A stretch of 64,000 nt of DNA from a virus (taxonomy: Duplodnaviria; Caudoviricetes). The notes under the pieces were generated by a model. The model was given only the letters and a program-made list of their open reading frames with translations. It ran no database searches and was not told where the DNA came from. The stretch is taken from IMG/VR virus record IMGVR_UViG_3300026088_000015, positions 1 to 64,000 of that record. One strand, written 5' to 3'. The translations under genes and the position numbers were made by a program. Each line of letters starts with the position of its first letter. Within the stretch, counting starts at the first letter, position 1. Positions 54,135 through 63,458 of this stretch are shown one piece after another.

Positions 54135-54802
54135 GCCATACCTCCTTTTTCGCGTTCGGCAGTAGCGCCCTGATACAATTCGCCATCTCTGGTAGAAAGA
54201 CCAATATAGGTAAGAATAGTAGCACAAAGCTCATTGTGTGTAATTTCAGGGAGCGTCCAGTTTACGCTTGTGTTCGGATCATATATCGGAGGTGTTCCAA
54301 TACCTGACCAGCGCGGAGCGACAGGATTTGAGATATAGGTGAGCCGATATTTCATTCCACCTTTCTTTGGATACACATCGAAGTACGTCCCGAAGTCAAC
54401 GGCGATAGGATAGAAGTTATCGGGTTGAACGATGCCACTATTGAGATAATAATTTTTTCTGTCCTGAGTTACACTTTTTACTTCCGTCCAGGTATTGTAT
54501 CCATCATTGGCTATGCAATCTGTTGCATTCTTAAAGATGAAAGACTCCAGGTTTACCTGATAAATAAAATCATCGGGCTTTGTAAATCTTCCATTTGAAT
54601 CCAGTGCATGCTCAACAGTTTTAATGACAGGAGATAATTCATCAGACACAATGGAGGTAAGTTCATACTGAAGTCTAAGTTTCTCGATCTTGTCAAGCTG
54701 TGCTTGACGGGCATACAGATTGAAGCCATCTATATTTAGATAGCCAATCTGGTTCTTACGAGCCAACGCGAAGATGTAATCTTTTGCTTGTCCTATATTC
54801 AT
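54131..54802 (-). CDS. tail ring/adaptor-like protein 1
   Basis: KNQIGYL...FNLYARQAQ, LTYISNPVAPRW, LPEITHNEL...L.YIG. Confidence 0.6.
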   Translation of the reverse strand: MNIGQAKDYIFALARKNQIGYLNIDGFNLYARQAQLDKIEKLRLQYELTSIVSDELSPVIKTVEHALDSNGRFTKPDDFIYQVNLESFIFKNATDCIANDGYNTWTEVKSVTQDRKNYYLNSGIVQPDNFYPIAVDFGTYFDVYPKKGGMKYRLTYISNPVAPRWSGIGTPPIYDPNTSVNWTLPEITHNELCATILTYIGLSTRDGELYQGATAEREKGGMA

Positions 54803-57800
54803 TATATCGTTACCTCAAAGAGTTCAATGTGGGCGAACCAGTTAATAGTCTTACTAGCTACGCCTGTTACTTGTACTTTTAATGACTTGTTTACATTGTC
54901 AGCAGTAACTGTTACTATTGTAGCAGAAAGTCCCGCATCAGTATCTCCTTGAGATGGCGTTATGGCAGCCACTAAAGATACTGTTCCAGAAACATTTTTG
55001 AGCACTCCGGCAAATGTTTCTATGGTAGAATCACCAGGAGTGCCTGCTGCACCTCCGGTTTGTCTGCCTACAACAGTTCCTCTTAATCCCCATGTTTTTC
55101 CTGTTGGAATAATTGCTCTTACTGAAGAGCCATCAATAAACATCTCTGTTATTGTGGCATTTGTAGTAGAAACGATAAGATAAATATCCGACTTTTGAGC
55201 AGATCCAGCAGTATTAAATCCACTAGAAGCTCTTGCCATCTGACTATTTAAATATGCTACTGCATTATTTCCTCCAGCATGAGAAAAATCACCAGAAGCT
55301 ACTGTAGTACTTCCTTCTGAGTGGGCTCCTTGGCCACTAGCCTGTGTTACTGAACCTTCTGCATGAGAAGTTGAGCCACTGGAAGTATTTCCACTTCCTT
55401 CAACAAAAGAAGCGAATCCACTGGAAGTATTATTAAATCCTAATGCTTGTGCTCTATTGCCACTAACAATAAGATTTACTCCTAACGCTTGTGCATTATC
55501 AGAACTAACAGTATTGCTAGATCCAGAAGCAAAAGAATTTTCTCCTGTTACTACATTGCCAGCACCTTGAGATAAGGATTGATTTCCACTAGCTTCATTT
55601 GATATACCTATTACTTCAGAATTTGTTCCTGCTGCATTGGATCTTGATCCAACATTAAACGCATTAGCAACTGAAATATCGGTACCATCGTTAGTTAAAG
55701 CTGAACTAGCTACAGGAGTGCCAGTAGAATCATATCGTATAGTTTGAGTATCCGTCCCAATAGGCAATGAACCATAGGCAACCTTATATGCCTTCCATGC
55801 TCCAGCACTTAGATCGTAATAAGTATAAACCATTACATTTCCACTAAATGCTTCTGCATCAGTAAGAGCTATTCCTGCGATTGTTACCGTATTGGATGCT
55901 GTCGTGCAAATAGACTTCCATACAATTACAAAATGATCTCCATCTACTATTCCAGCAGGGGTACTCATTGTGATAGTATAAGAAGCGGCCAATGTTACTG
56001 TACCATTGAATACTTGATGTTCCTTACTAGTTCCAGGAACAAGAGTAATAGTCGCGCCTCCAGATGCTACGTTTGTATCTGTAGTTCCTGAAATTGGAAC
56101 AGAAATACTTGCAGCACGAGAGAAATCCTCATTAAAAGTTATTGGCGTTGCTACGCTGCCTACACCCTTCCAAACAGATCCAGTAGTAAGTGCAGTTGTT
56201 TGAATATCAGATCTTGATCTTACTTCACCAGAAGTTTCTCTAGTAAGCACTGCTACATTTGTAGATGTAGCTGGAGTTGGAATTATTTTAACTGTTCCAT
56301 TAGTTGTATCTACAATTACATTATCCGACCCATCGTAAAGAGCAGACTTATTTCCCACATAGGCCCACCATGTGTTATTTATAGCAGTAGTAGCTGGAGG
56401 ATTAGACCCAGATCCCGCTGCCTGAATACAAACATAAGTATAGGTTGGGCTAGTATTTCTAAGCACTGGTTTACCAAGTGAATAATCAGGGCCATTCACC
56501 CAAAACTCTAATCCTTCCTGTCCTGCGGAAGCTACTGTTCTTCCAGTGATACTCACATACCATGTAGAAGTGCCAGTATCATAAACTGCATACACTGTAG
56601 AGTTTCCACTGGCTGCTTCCTGGTCAGTTAAGGCAATACCAAAAATGGTAATGTTATTTCCATCTAGTACTTTTGTTCCACTATATATAACAGTAAAACT
56701 ATCCCCATCTACAAATGACCCAGTAGGAAGTGCCACAGTATAACTGGAAGTCATTGTTCCACTACCAAGTAATACCTGAACCTTATCAGATACTCCAACA
56801 GTAAGATTTAATGTACCTCCTCCATTAGGAACAGATACTGTTGTAACTCCTCTGCCTTCTTCAGGTATACCAGCAGCCCTAAAGGCTGTAACCGATAGAT
56901 CCTGAGATTGAAGAGCATTAAGTATTAAGTTTTTATAAGTATTGGTAAGTCGTACAGTATAGGTCGTTGTTGATCCAACTGTTGCTGCTGTTACATCGGT
57001 TCCAAAACTTCCATCTCCAGCAACTACTACTGTGTTTCCACCTCCCGATCCCCCACAGAATGGGATAACCTGAATAGGTGCGGATGTATTATCATTGCAA
57101 CCACAATTTTCATCGAAGTTGCCTACTTCCATTATCTTAGCAATCCATACTGCAGCATCAGCAGGCTTGCCACATTCTCGCGCATTAATCCAGTTTGCCA
57201 TCAAAATATTGATCTGCATCAACTGGTAGAATACTACTTTTGCCTGACCAAAATTACCTACTGATTCATATTGATAAAATAGATTAGTAAGGCTCTTCAT
57301 CCCACAATAGATCGTACACTGAGATAGCGTACAATCATTATGAATCTCATCTGATCCTGTAATGATCCACTGAACCATTAAATCATCTGAGAAAGTATAC
57401 CTGATAGTAGAAGTTACTTTCCCAGTATAAGTTCCAGTATATACATTTGGATAAGTAGCCTGAAGAATAACACCACTTCCAGTAAGATTCGTAAGTTCAA
57501 GATTTGCAGGATAGAATAATTTATGAACCCTTGTGATCGTAGGAGTTACTCCCTTAATCGCATAGCTAGTTACATCAGTACTTGTTACGGTGGCACAGTC
57601 ACAGTCTGCTTCCAACGTAAGTGCTACCGTAGGTTTCACATAATCAGAACAGAAATTATACTCTATTGGATCAGTAGAGTATTCTCCTGGCTGAGTGCCA
57701 CCTGTAATTTGAACTTGATAAGTAATGGTATAAATTCCTATGACAGGGTTCCCATCCACATCATTTGGAATAACTACCGTATCAAAAACAAGGCTAACAT

Positions 57801-57999
57801 TTCCTACAATATCCGGATCACCAAAGTCTGTATTCTCATAAATAAGACCTGCTGGCCCTTCTATCTTAAAGATACCAGCTACATCAGACAATGCTATCCC
57901 TTCATCAGAATAAGGAGTAGTATCAGTAAGTGTAAAGAACTGATCAGTGGAGTTCTGAAAGTCGAATAAGGTGGTGAATGTTAGTGTATTTGGTAGCAT
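54802..57999 (-). CDS. large modular fibre/structural protein (1065 aa)
   Basis: Cys-rich N-terminal part, two copies of an internal module (GIALTD.EA.SGN), and YadA/Hep-Hag-like 14-aa repeats (SHAEG, AHSEG, SHAGG). Confidence 0.7.
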   Translation of the reverse strand: MLPNTLTFTTLFDFQNSTDQFFTLTDTTPYSDEGIALSDVAGIFKIEGPAGLIYENTDFGDPDIVGNVSLVFDTVVIPNDVDGNPVIGIYTITYQVQITGGTQPGEYSTDPIEYNFCSDYVKPTVALTLEADCDCATVTSTDVTSYAIKGVTPTITRVHKLFYPANLELTNLTGSGVILQATYPNVYTGTYTGKVTSTIRYTFSDDLMVQWIITGSDEIHNDCTLSQCTIYCGMKSLTNLFYQYESVGNFGQAKVVFYQLMQINILMANWINARECGKPADAAVWIAKIMEVGNFDENCGCNDNTSAPIQVIPFCGGSGGGNTVVVAGDGSFGTDVTAATVGSTTTYTVRLTNTYKNLILNALQSQDLSVTAFRAAGIPEEGRGVTTVSVPNGGGTLNLTVGVSDKVQVLLGSGTMTSSYTVALPTGSFVDGDSFTVIYSGTKVLDGNNITIFGIALTDQEAASGNSTVYAVYDTGTSTWYVSITGRTVASAGQEGLEFWVNGPDYSLGKPVLRNTSPTYTYVCIQAAGSGSNPPATTAINNTWWAYVGNKSALYDGSDNVIVDTTNGTVKIIPTPATSTNVAVLTRETSGEVRSRSDIQTTALTTGSVWKGVGSVATPITFNEDFSRAASISVPISGTTDTNVASGGATITLVPGTSKEHQVFNGTVTLAASYTITMSTPAGIVDGDHFVIVWKSICTTASNTVTIAGIALTDAEAFSGNVMVYTYYDLSAGAWKAYKVAYGSLPIGTDTQTIRYDSTGTPVASSALTNDGTDISVANAFNVGSRSNAAGTNSEVIGISNEASGNQSLSQGAGNVVTGENSFASGSSNTVSSDNAQALGVNLIVSGNRAQALGFNNTSSGFASFVEGSGNTSSGSTSHAEGSVTQASGQGAHSEGSTTVASGDFSHAGGNNAVAYLNSQMARASSGFNTAGSAQKSDIYLIVSTTNATITEMFIDGSSVRAIIPTGKTWGLRGTVVGRQTGGAAGTPGDSTIETFAGVLKNVSGTVSLVAAITPSQGDTDAGLSATIVTVTADNVNKSLKVQVTGVASKTINWFAHIELFEVTI

Positions 58000-58015
58000 G
58001 TCTTTTATTTAATAA

Positions 58016-58046
58016 ACATGCCCATAGCGCTATGCTACAGGCATGT
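58016..58046 (-). terminator. intergenic hairpin/terminator
   Basis: ACATGCC / GGCATGT arms enclosing the perfect palindrome CATAGCGCTATG, followed by TTATT on the - strand. Confidence 0.55.
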
Positions 58047-58071
58047 GGTTTAATGTGTATGTAAACTTGAG

Positions 58072-59094
58072 TTACTCTTCTTTGCTATCATTGGCAACTT
58101 CCTCTAATTTTGTAGCAGCCTTTCCTTTAGTTGTCTGCTTGCTACCTATGATTTTCTTAGTTTCAGCAGGGGTCAAGTATTGCTCAATTCCATGCTTTTC
58201 TATCATATTATCAACATAAGCAAGCTGTCCTCTTCCTATTGTGCTTTCGAAGAAATACTTCATCAAGTCATCATAAGGATCAGCACCTGGAGGAACTTGT
58301 TTGATTATTTTTCTTGTGAGAGGAAAATTCCAAACATGGGAATTCTCTTCATAAGCAATAATTTCAAGTTCAACGGCCTTATTAATTGAGTGGATGATAG
58401 GTGTTCTTGTATCCACTGCGCCACCTAAGAATTTCTTAAGATTAGCGTAATTGTTTTTATTGTCAGTGATAAAGTCAATAAGCTGAATTTCATTCTCCTG
58501 CTTGGTAGCTTTCACTGGCTTCTTCAAGACACTTAATTGAGTGGCGAGCTCAGGTGCACTCATACCAAATATGATACCTTTCGCATTATGAAGCTCCTTC
58601 TCAATATTAACTCTCTTAGATGCTATCTCCTGATCTTTAACTTCTTCAAAGATATGACCAGATCCTCCTGGTGGCGTTGAATGAGGGTTTGTCCTGTTGT
58701 AATTACAAGCTCTCAAGTAGTCAATTATATATTTCTTATGGGGCTCCCTACCAGAAAATGTAAGTTTGTTGTCCCCAATTTTAGTGAATTCAATTTGTTC
58801 GAAAGTCCACTGGTTGTTTTTACTATCCCAGCTTTTCGGTACGCCTATCTCAACATTTCCTCCCGGTTCCATTCCTGGCCCATTATCTTTATATGGGTCA
58901 TAGATAATATCCGTAGGAGGGATATTGACACTGGCTCTAAATATTTCAACTTTATTTCCCTGTGTATCTCTAGTATGCTTGGGATTACCAAGATTTCTAA
59001 AGGTTACAGATTCATTTGGCTTGAGGGTTTTATCCCATCCAAGTTCTTTTTTTAGCTCATCGCTTATTTTATTATACTCTGGTCTTTGTGTCAT
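58072..59094 (-). CDS. conserved protein downstream of the major capsid gene
   Basis: 340 aa; position only. Confidence 0.6.
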   Translation of the reverse strand: MTQRPEYNKISDELKKELGWDKTLKPNESVTFRNLGNPKHTRDTQGNKVEIFRASVNIPPTDIIYDPYKDNGPGMEPGGNVEIGVPKSWDSKNNQWTFEQIEFTKIGDNKLTFSGREPHKKYIIDYLRACNYNRTNPHSTPPGGSGHIFEEVKDQEIASKRVNIEKELHNAKGIIFGMSAPELATQLSVLKKPVKATKQENEIQLIDFITDNKNNYANLKKFLGGAVDTRTPIIHSINKAVELEIIAYEENSHVWNFPLTRKIIKQVPPGADPYDDLMKYFFESTIGRGQLAYVDNMIEKHGIEQYLTPAETKKIIGSKQTTKGKAATKLEEVANDSKEE

Positions 59095-59119
59095 GATTTC
59101 TTTACAGTTCTAGTCTGTT

Positions 59120-59144
59120 AAAAAGCGGGGGAAATTTCCCCCGC
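59120..59144 (-). terminator. intrinsic terminator after the major capsid gene
   Basis: Perfect 20-bp palindrome GCGGGGGAAATTTCCCCCGC (59125-59144) followed by TTTTT on the - strand. Confidence 0.85.
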
Positions 59145-59167
59145 CCATTGTTTGATTTATCTCTTTC

Positions 59168-60556
59168 TTAGATGTTAGCTCTACGTGCGATAATTGCTTG
59201 ATTCGCAAGTGCTACTGCAACTCCGAATTCAGTCAAATATCTGTAGTTGATCTCATCCACTTCACTTCCTTTTCCTGGTGAGCTATCTCCACCCATACCG
59301 AATTGGAACTTTCTGTCGAAGTTATTTCCGTGCGGACCTGGAGCAGACTTGTAACCAAGTTGAACAGTGTAACCTGCCTTACCAGTTACTGGATCTTTGG
59401 TCATAGCCACCGGAGTGATCATGATATACCATGGATATGGTTGGCCTGGAGCAGCAGTGATTTTAGGGTGGTTAAATTCTACAGCTTGTTTAGTGTAGAA
59501 CATAAATCCGTTCAAGTAGAAACCATTGTAACCGAAGTCCACCATTCTAATTTTCTTAGAAGTAGACCCAGTATAGGTATCGTTAAGGTAAAGTCTTGCG
59601 CCGTTTTTCATCACGTCTGTAACTAGCTTCTCAACATCAGCGTGGGCATTGTTGCCCATCTTCATGTCATGCTCGTTGCCCGCTCTTTCTCTGATAAGGA
59701 TTTTAGTAAAGTTGTACATATCCTCCAGTGTTACTGTAGTATTGTACAAGTAGTCGTTACCTCTTTCGAAGATTTGTCTTTCAACACCCTTAGAAATTGT
59801 AACAGTATCTCCATCAGCATCAATAGCTGTACCACCAGCACCTAGCAATGCTTGGAATGAAATCTCTTCCTTGTGAAGGATAAAGGTTTTCATATCATCC
59901 TCATCAGGCTGATACATCGCTCCGCTATAAGAAGCACGTTGTTTCAATCTTAGAGTAGCGGCAGTACCAGAAAGCGTGATTTTATTTTTAACAATACCAA
60001 GATCCTCATCGAAGAGAACTGGAATGTTCATCATACCTTCATTGTATGATTTTCTCTCTCCGTACTGGTGAGCAATAGGGATAACAGTTTTACCAGCAGC
60101 GATAACAGTGTTAAGTGTTGCAGTAGCTGAGTTGCCTATAGGTTGTACGGTGATGGTGTGTGCGAATGCAACTGACTCATCTTTAGAACGAATAAATAAG
60201 TCGGTAGTACCGAGCTTAACAGTCATGTTAGGAGAGAAAGGTGATCTTGTACCAGTCTTCTGGTAAGGGCCGTCGATGGTGATTACAGCAACAGCACCTG
60301 GAGTAGCTCCACCTGTGAAGGATTGTACAGTGATGTTGTTAGTAAGCCAACCTTCTTCGTGCCATCTGATAACGTTATCTTCTGCTACTGTCCAAAGACC
60401 ATTAGCCTCAGAAAATGTCAAGAAGTCTCTTTCATCTGCTTGAAGGAAAATCTCTTTCCACAACAGGGAATCCGCTCTTAGGAACTCACCTGTATTCGTC
60501 GGGGTGAACGAATTTAAAATGACCCCATTACTACTATTTGCAATTATGTCTGCCAT
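59168..60556 (-). CDS. major capsid protein
   Basis: 462 aa, IRWHEEG motif, high-expression codon usage, preceded by an acidic scaffold-like gene and followed by a strong terminator. Confidence 0.75.
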   Translation of the reverse strand: MADIIANSSNGVILNSFTPTNTGEFLRADSLLWKEIFLQADERDFLTFSEANGLWTVAEDNVIRWHEEGWLTNNITVQSFTGGATPGAVAVITIDGPYQKTGTRSPFSPNMTVKLGTTDLFIRSKDESVAFAHTITVQPIGNSATATLNTVIAAGKTVIPIAHQYGERKSYNEGMMNIPVLFDEDLGIVKNKITLSGTAATLRLKQRASYSGAMYQPDEDDMKTFILHKEEISFQALLGAGGTAIDADGDTVTISKGVERQIFERGNDYLYNTTVTLEDMYNFTKILIRERAGNEHDMKMGNNAHADVEKLVTDVMKNGARLYLNDTYTGSTSKKIRMVDFGYNGFYLNGFMFYTKQAVEFNHPKITAAPGQPYPWYIMITPVAMTKDPVTGKAGYTVQLGYKSAPGPHGNNFDRKFQFGMGGDSSPGKGSEVDEINYRYLTEFGVAVALANQAIIARRANI

Positions 60557-60576
60557 GATTTCTTTTTACTTTTCAG

Positions 60577-61776
60577 TTAAACATTCCTTCTGTTGGCGGC
60601 AAACTTTGCAAATTGATCTCTGGCTGTTTCTACTACTGGAGCCTCCATCTTCGTGGAAGTCTTCGGTGGTTCAGCATTCCTGAGTTGCCTAAGTTGAGTC
60701 TCCTGGAAATTAGCTCTACCTGTGTTCTTAGCTTCTGCGAGAATTTTTTCGAAATTAACATTCCTCATTATAAACTCGAATAAAGCTTCGTGATCGGTAT
60801 TGCCATTATCATCGGAAATAGCCTCCATTATAAATCGGATAGGATCATACATTGCATTTTGGATGATATCACGAGAAGCCGGGTCCATCGGGATCGAAAT
60901 CTCAGTCTCACCAATACTATATGCGACTCTATCTGCATTATCTAAAACATAATCTACGCTACCTCTCCATGCCTGATTCCTTTCTTCGGTATCATCTGGA
61001 GTTTCTTGAGTTTCAGCACCTCCAAGAGTTTCTGCTTTCAGGACATCCTGAAAAGCTTTCATTTTCTCTCTGGCCTCTCTTGCATCTTCCTGAAGTTTCA
61101 ATCGAATAAAATCCTGATCTTCTTCTTCCTCAATGGTCTCGTAGTCTTTTTTATAATTTCTTTCAAATTGCTTAGAAAGGAAGTCGATGGATTTACCTGA
61201 ATTTTCAAGGAAATAAATCTGACGAAGTATCTCCTTTTCTGGTAAAACATCAGCGTTTACAGAGGTAACACGGTCATAAAGATTTGGATCACCAAACTTC
61301 CGCGCTACAGCTATACGCCTTTTTTCATCCTCACTAAGACCAGAAAACTCCTTCTGAGTAGTCTTATATTGATCCCTTAATTGAAGGGCTTCTGTTATTT
61401 CTTTGAATGAATTAACACTTATCCCAGCCTCTTGTAAGACCCCAACTACATCATATTCATCGAGCTCTCTTACACCTTGATCATCATCCGCCGCTGGCTG
61501 ATCGTCAACGTTTTGAGATCCATCATCACTTGGTTGTGGAGCAAGATCATCTACAATTTCTTGCTCTAGTTGTTCTTGAACTGCCTCCGGTCTAACTTCA
61601 ACTGGAGCGGCAACCACAGGCTGTTCTTGGGTTATTGGTTGTGCTAGTGTTTGAGGAGTGACTGAAATATCTACAGGGCCTCCTTCTTGCCCTTGTCTTA
61701 TACCGAGCATTGCCTCGGCCACCTTGCTTCGGTCGTATCCGAGAGCTTGTGAAGATTCTTGTTCTTCGTTTGGCAT
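60577..61776 (-). CDS. scaffolding-like acidic protein (start at ATG 61776)
   Basis: Very D/E/Q-rich and helical, directly upstream of the MCP. A promoter-like motif sits just upstream of 61776. Confidence 0.65.
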   Translation of the reverse strand: MPNEEQESSQALGYDRSKVAEAMLGIRQGQEGGPVDISVTPQTLAQPITQEQPVVAAPVEVRPEAVQEQLEQEIVDDLAPQPSDDGSQNVDDQPAADDDQGVRELDEYDVVGVLQEAGISVNSFKEITEALQLRDQYKTTQKEFSGLSEDEKRRIAVARKFGDPNLYDRVTSVNADVLPEKEILRQIYFLENSGKSIDFLSKQFERNYKKDYETIEEEEDQDFIRLKLQEDAREAREKMKAFQDVLKAETLGGAETQETPDDTEERNQAWRGSVDYVLDNADRVAYSIGETEISIPMDPASRDIIQNAMYDPIRFIMEAISDDNGNTDHEALFEFIMRNVNFEKILAEAKNTGRANFQETQLRQLRNAEPPKTSTKMEAPVVETARDQFAKFAANRRNV

Positions 61777-61787
61777 ATTTTTTTTAT

Positions 61788-61798
61788 TAAAAATACGG
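61788..61798 (-). promoter_or_regulatory. candidate late promoter, copy B
   Basis: The - strand reads CCGTATTTTTAATAAAAAAAATATG into the scaffold start. Confidence 0.6.
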
Positions 61799-61855
61799 GT
61801 AGATTCATTTTTTTTGTCTAAATTAGGCGCAGAAGAGTATTTGAGAGTATAAAGT

Positions 61856-62179
61856 ATGAACCCAAGAAAAATACAGACTGAAATAAAAAATAATGTCATT
61901 GTTCTCCCCACATGGGATTTCTACCAAATGCTTCTCTTTCAAAGAAACAATTATCATCGATGGCTTAATTACAATGTTATAAGATGTGGGATAAAAAATA
62001 GAGACTACTTTCACATAGACAATTTCTCCAGTCTCCAGGAAAAAAGAAAAAGGGTAAGGCTATTAATCACAATAGATTTTGCTATAGCGCTTACGTACAG
62101 AGAAGAATCGTATCTGTCTAAGTCAATGAGAATGGAATTAGAACGAATAAAATCAGAGCATCCAATAACTCCTAGATGA
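61856..62179 (+). CDS. AntA/AntB antirepressor-like protein
   Basis: DFYQML...YHRWL..VIRCGIKNRDYF...LLITIDFAIALT resembles the AntA/AntB pattern. Confidence 0.45.
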   Translation: MNPRKIQTEIKNNVIVLPTWDFYQMLLFQRNNYHRWLNYNVIRCGIKNRDYFHIDNFSSLQEKRKRVRLLITIDFAIALTYREESYLSKSMRMELERIKSEHPITPR

Positions 62180-62207
62180 GTTTATTTTTAGCCTAACGTA
62201 TTGATTG

Positions 62208-62218
62208 CCGTATTTTTA
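62208..62218 (+). promoter_or_regulatory. candidate late promoter, copy C
   Basis: CCGTATTTTTAATAAAAAAATAT, near-identical to copy B, in divergent orientation. Confidence 0.6.
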
Positions 62219-62236
62219 ATAAAAAAATATACAACT

Positions 62237-62497
62237 ATGGCAATCCTAATAACACTCCACGTAGTAAAAGGTCATGCAGTAGAGCAAGTTCTTACTGCTG
62301 CAACTGCGGTAGACGTAGCTTTCAATACAGCATTTATTGTTGACGCTCAAAGCTTAGATAGCTTCGCTACTCAGCCTTCTGGCGCTAGAACAACTTTCCG
62401 TTATGCAGATCCTTCCTCTGGCAGAGGAGCAGATCAAGTAGATGTAACTAATCCTTACTCTGCTGTTGTTGCTGCATCAAACGCTCCATTAGCTTAA
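62237..62497 (+). CDS. 86-aa Ala/Val/Thr-rich protein, candidate capsid decoration protein
   Basis: ATG at 62237 downstream of the late-type motif; codon choice resembles the MCP (gct, gta, act, tct). Confidence 0.55.
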   Translation: MAILITLHVVKGHAVEQVLTAATAVDVAFNTAFIVDAQSLDSFATQPSGARTTFRYADPSSGRGADQVDVTNPYSAVVAASNAPLA

Positions 62498-63458
62498 TCC
62501 TAAGCTGATTTACCGTTTTTAGCTGACAATTCTCCTGAATGAATTGCCATGATTGCTTGTGAAGTGATTCTAAATCATATTCGCCTGTGATCATGGCTTT
62601 CAGCTTTTCCTTGAAGTCAGATCCATAATTTACTATTCCAGGCCGGTGCCATTCGGCAGTATCCGGAGCTAAAGTTACAGCTCCCGCATAAGTTCCCTCT
62701 ATCCAAGCATTATTGCTATGACACATTGAATAGGGAGAACTTCTATTTAACATAACAACATTAATACTGCATCTGAGAGTAGGAAGATATGCAATGTAAT
62801 CAACTACCGATCGGAAGTCATGATACTTGGCATTATGAAACTTTCTAAGGAACAAAGGAGATAGTCCCAGAAAATCAACGTGCCACTCATGCTCATTAAT
62901 TACTTCTACTAGATCATTGGAGAAGTCTTGCACGTCCTCCATGTGGGCATAGGAGCCCCTGTGAAGAAGGTTCTGTGTTTTATTAAACTCTGGGGCCTTG
63001 TTAAAAACAAGTGGCTCATAAGCGTTCCTAATGATGTGAACATTGGTCCCAACCCCGGCTTCGTATTTTAGATATCCTGCAAGAGTTTCGGTGGATACCC
63101 AAATCTGATCAGCAAGCCACATACATTCTTTAGCGATATCATGCGTTTGCTTACTATTGAACTCTGAGGCTCCGGCAATGTGCCCAGGAACCTCAAAAAT
63201 ATAATCATCAATATCCACAATTACTTTAACGCCTAATCTCTTGGCAAGCTTAATGTTATCCAAATCAGCTTTCTTGTACGGAGACTTTACAAATATTATG
63301 TTAAATAGAACTAGAAAGTCCCAAGTAATTGGCTGTCCAGAATAAGGAATAACCTCAATTTCTGGGTACTCTTTCTGCAGTATTGCAAAGGGAAGCCTAC
63401 TCCGATAAAAGGAAATAGCACTGGAAGTGTTGGCTGTTAGGTCAAGGATTTTGATCAT
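62448..63458 (-). CDS. GT-B fold (GT4-like) glycosyltransferase
   Basis: FYRSRLPF, VDIDDYIF, ADQIWVSTETL, HIIRNA, GSYAHMED, SNNAWIEGTYAGAVTL. Confidence 0.75.
   Translation of the reverse strand: MIKILDLTANTSSAISFYRSRLPFAILQKEYPEIEVIPYSGQPITWDFLVLFNIIFVKSPYKKADLDNIKLAKRLGVKVIVDIDDYIFEVPGHIAGASEFNSKQTHDIAKECMWLADQIWVSTETLAGYLKYEAGVGTNVHIIRNAYEPLVFNKAPEFNKTQNLLHRGSYAHMEDVQDFSNDLVEVINEHEWHVDFLGLSPLFLRKFHNAKYHDFRSVVDYIAYLPTLRCSINVVMLNRSSPYSMCHSNNAWIEGTYAGAVTLAPDTAEWHRPGIVNYGSDFKEKLKAMITGEYDLESLHKQSWQFIQENCQLKTVNQLRIKLMERLMQQQQQSKD

Noticed and set aside
61777-61911. N-terminal TM-like extension of the scaffold ORF
   Set aside because: It overlaps the + strand ORF at 61856 and the promoter-like motif. 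The ATG at 61776 directly after the motif is the better start.
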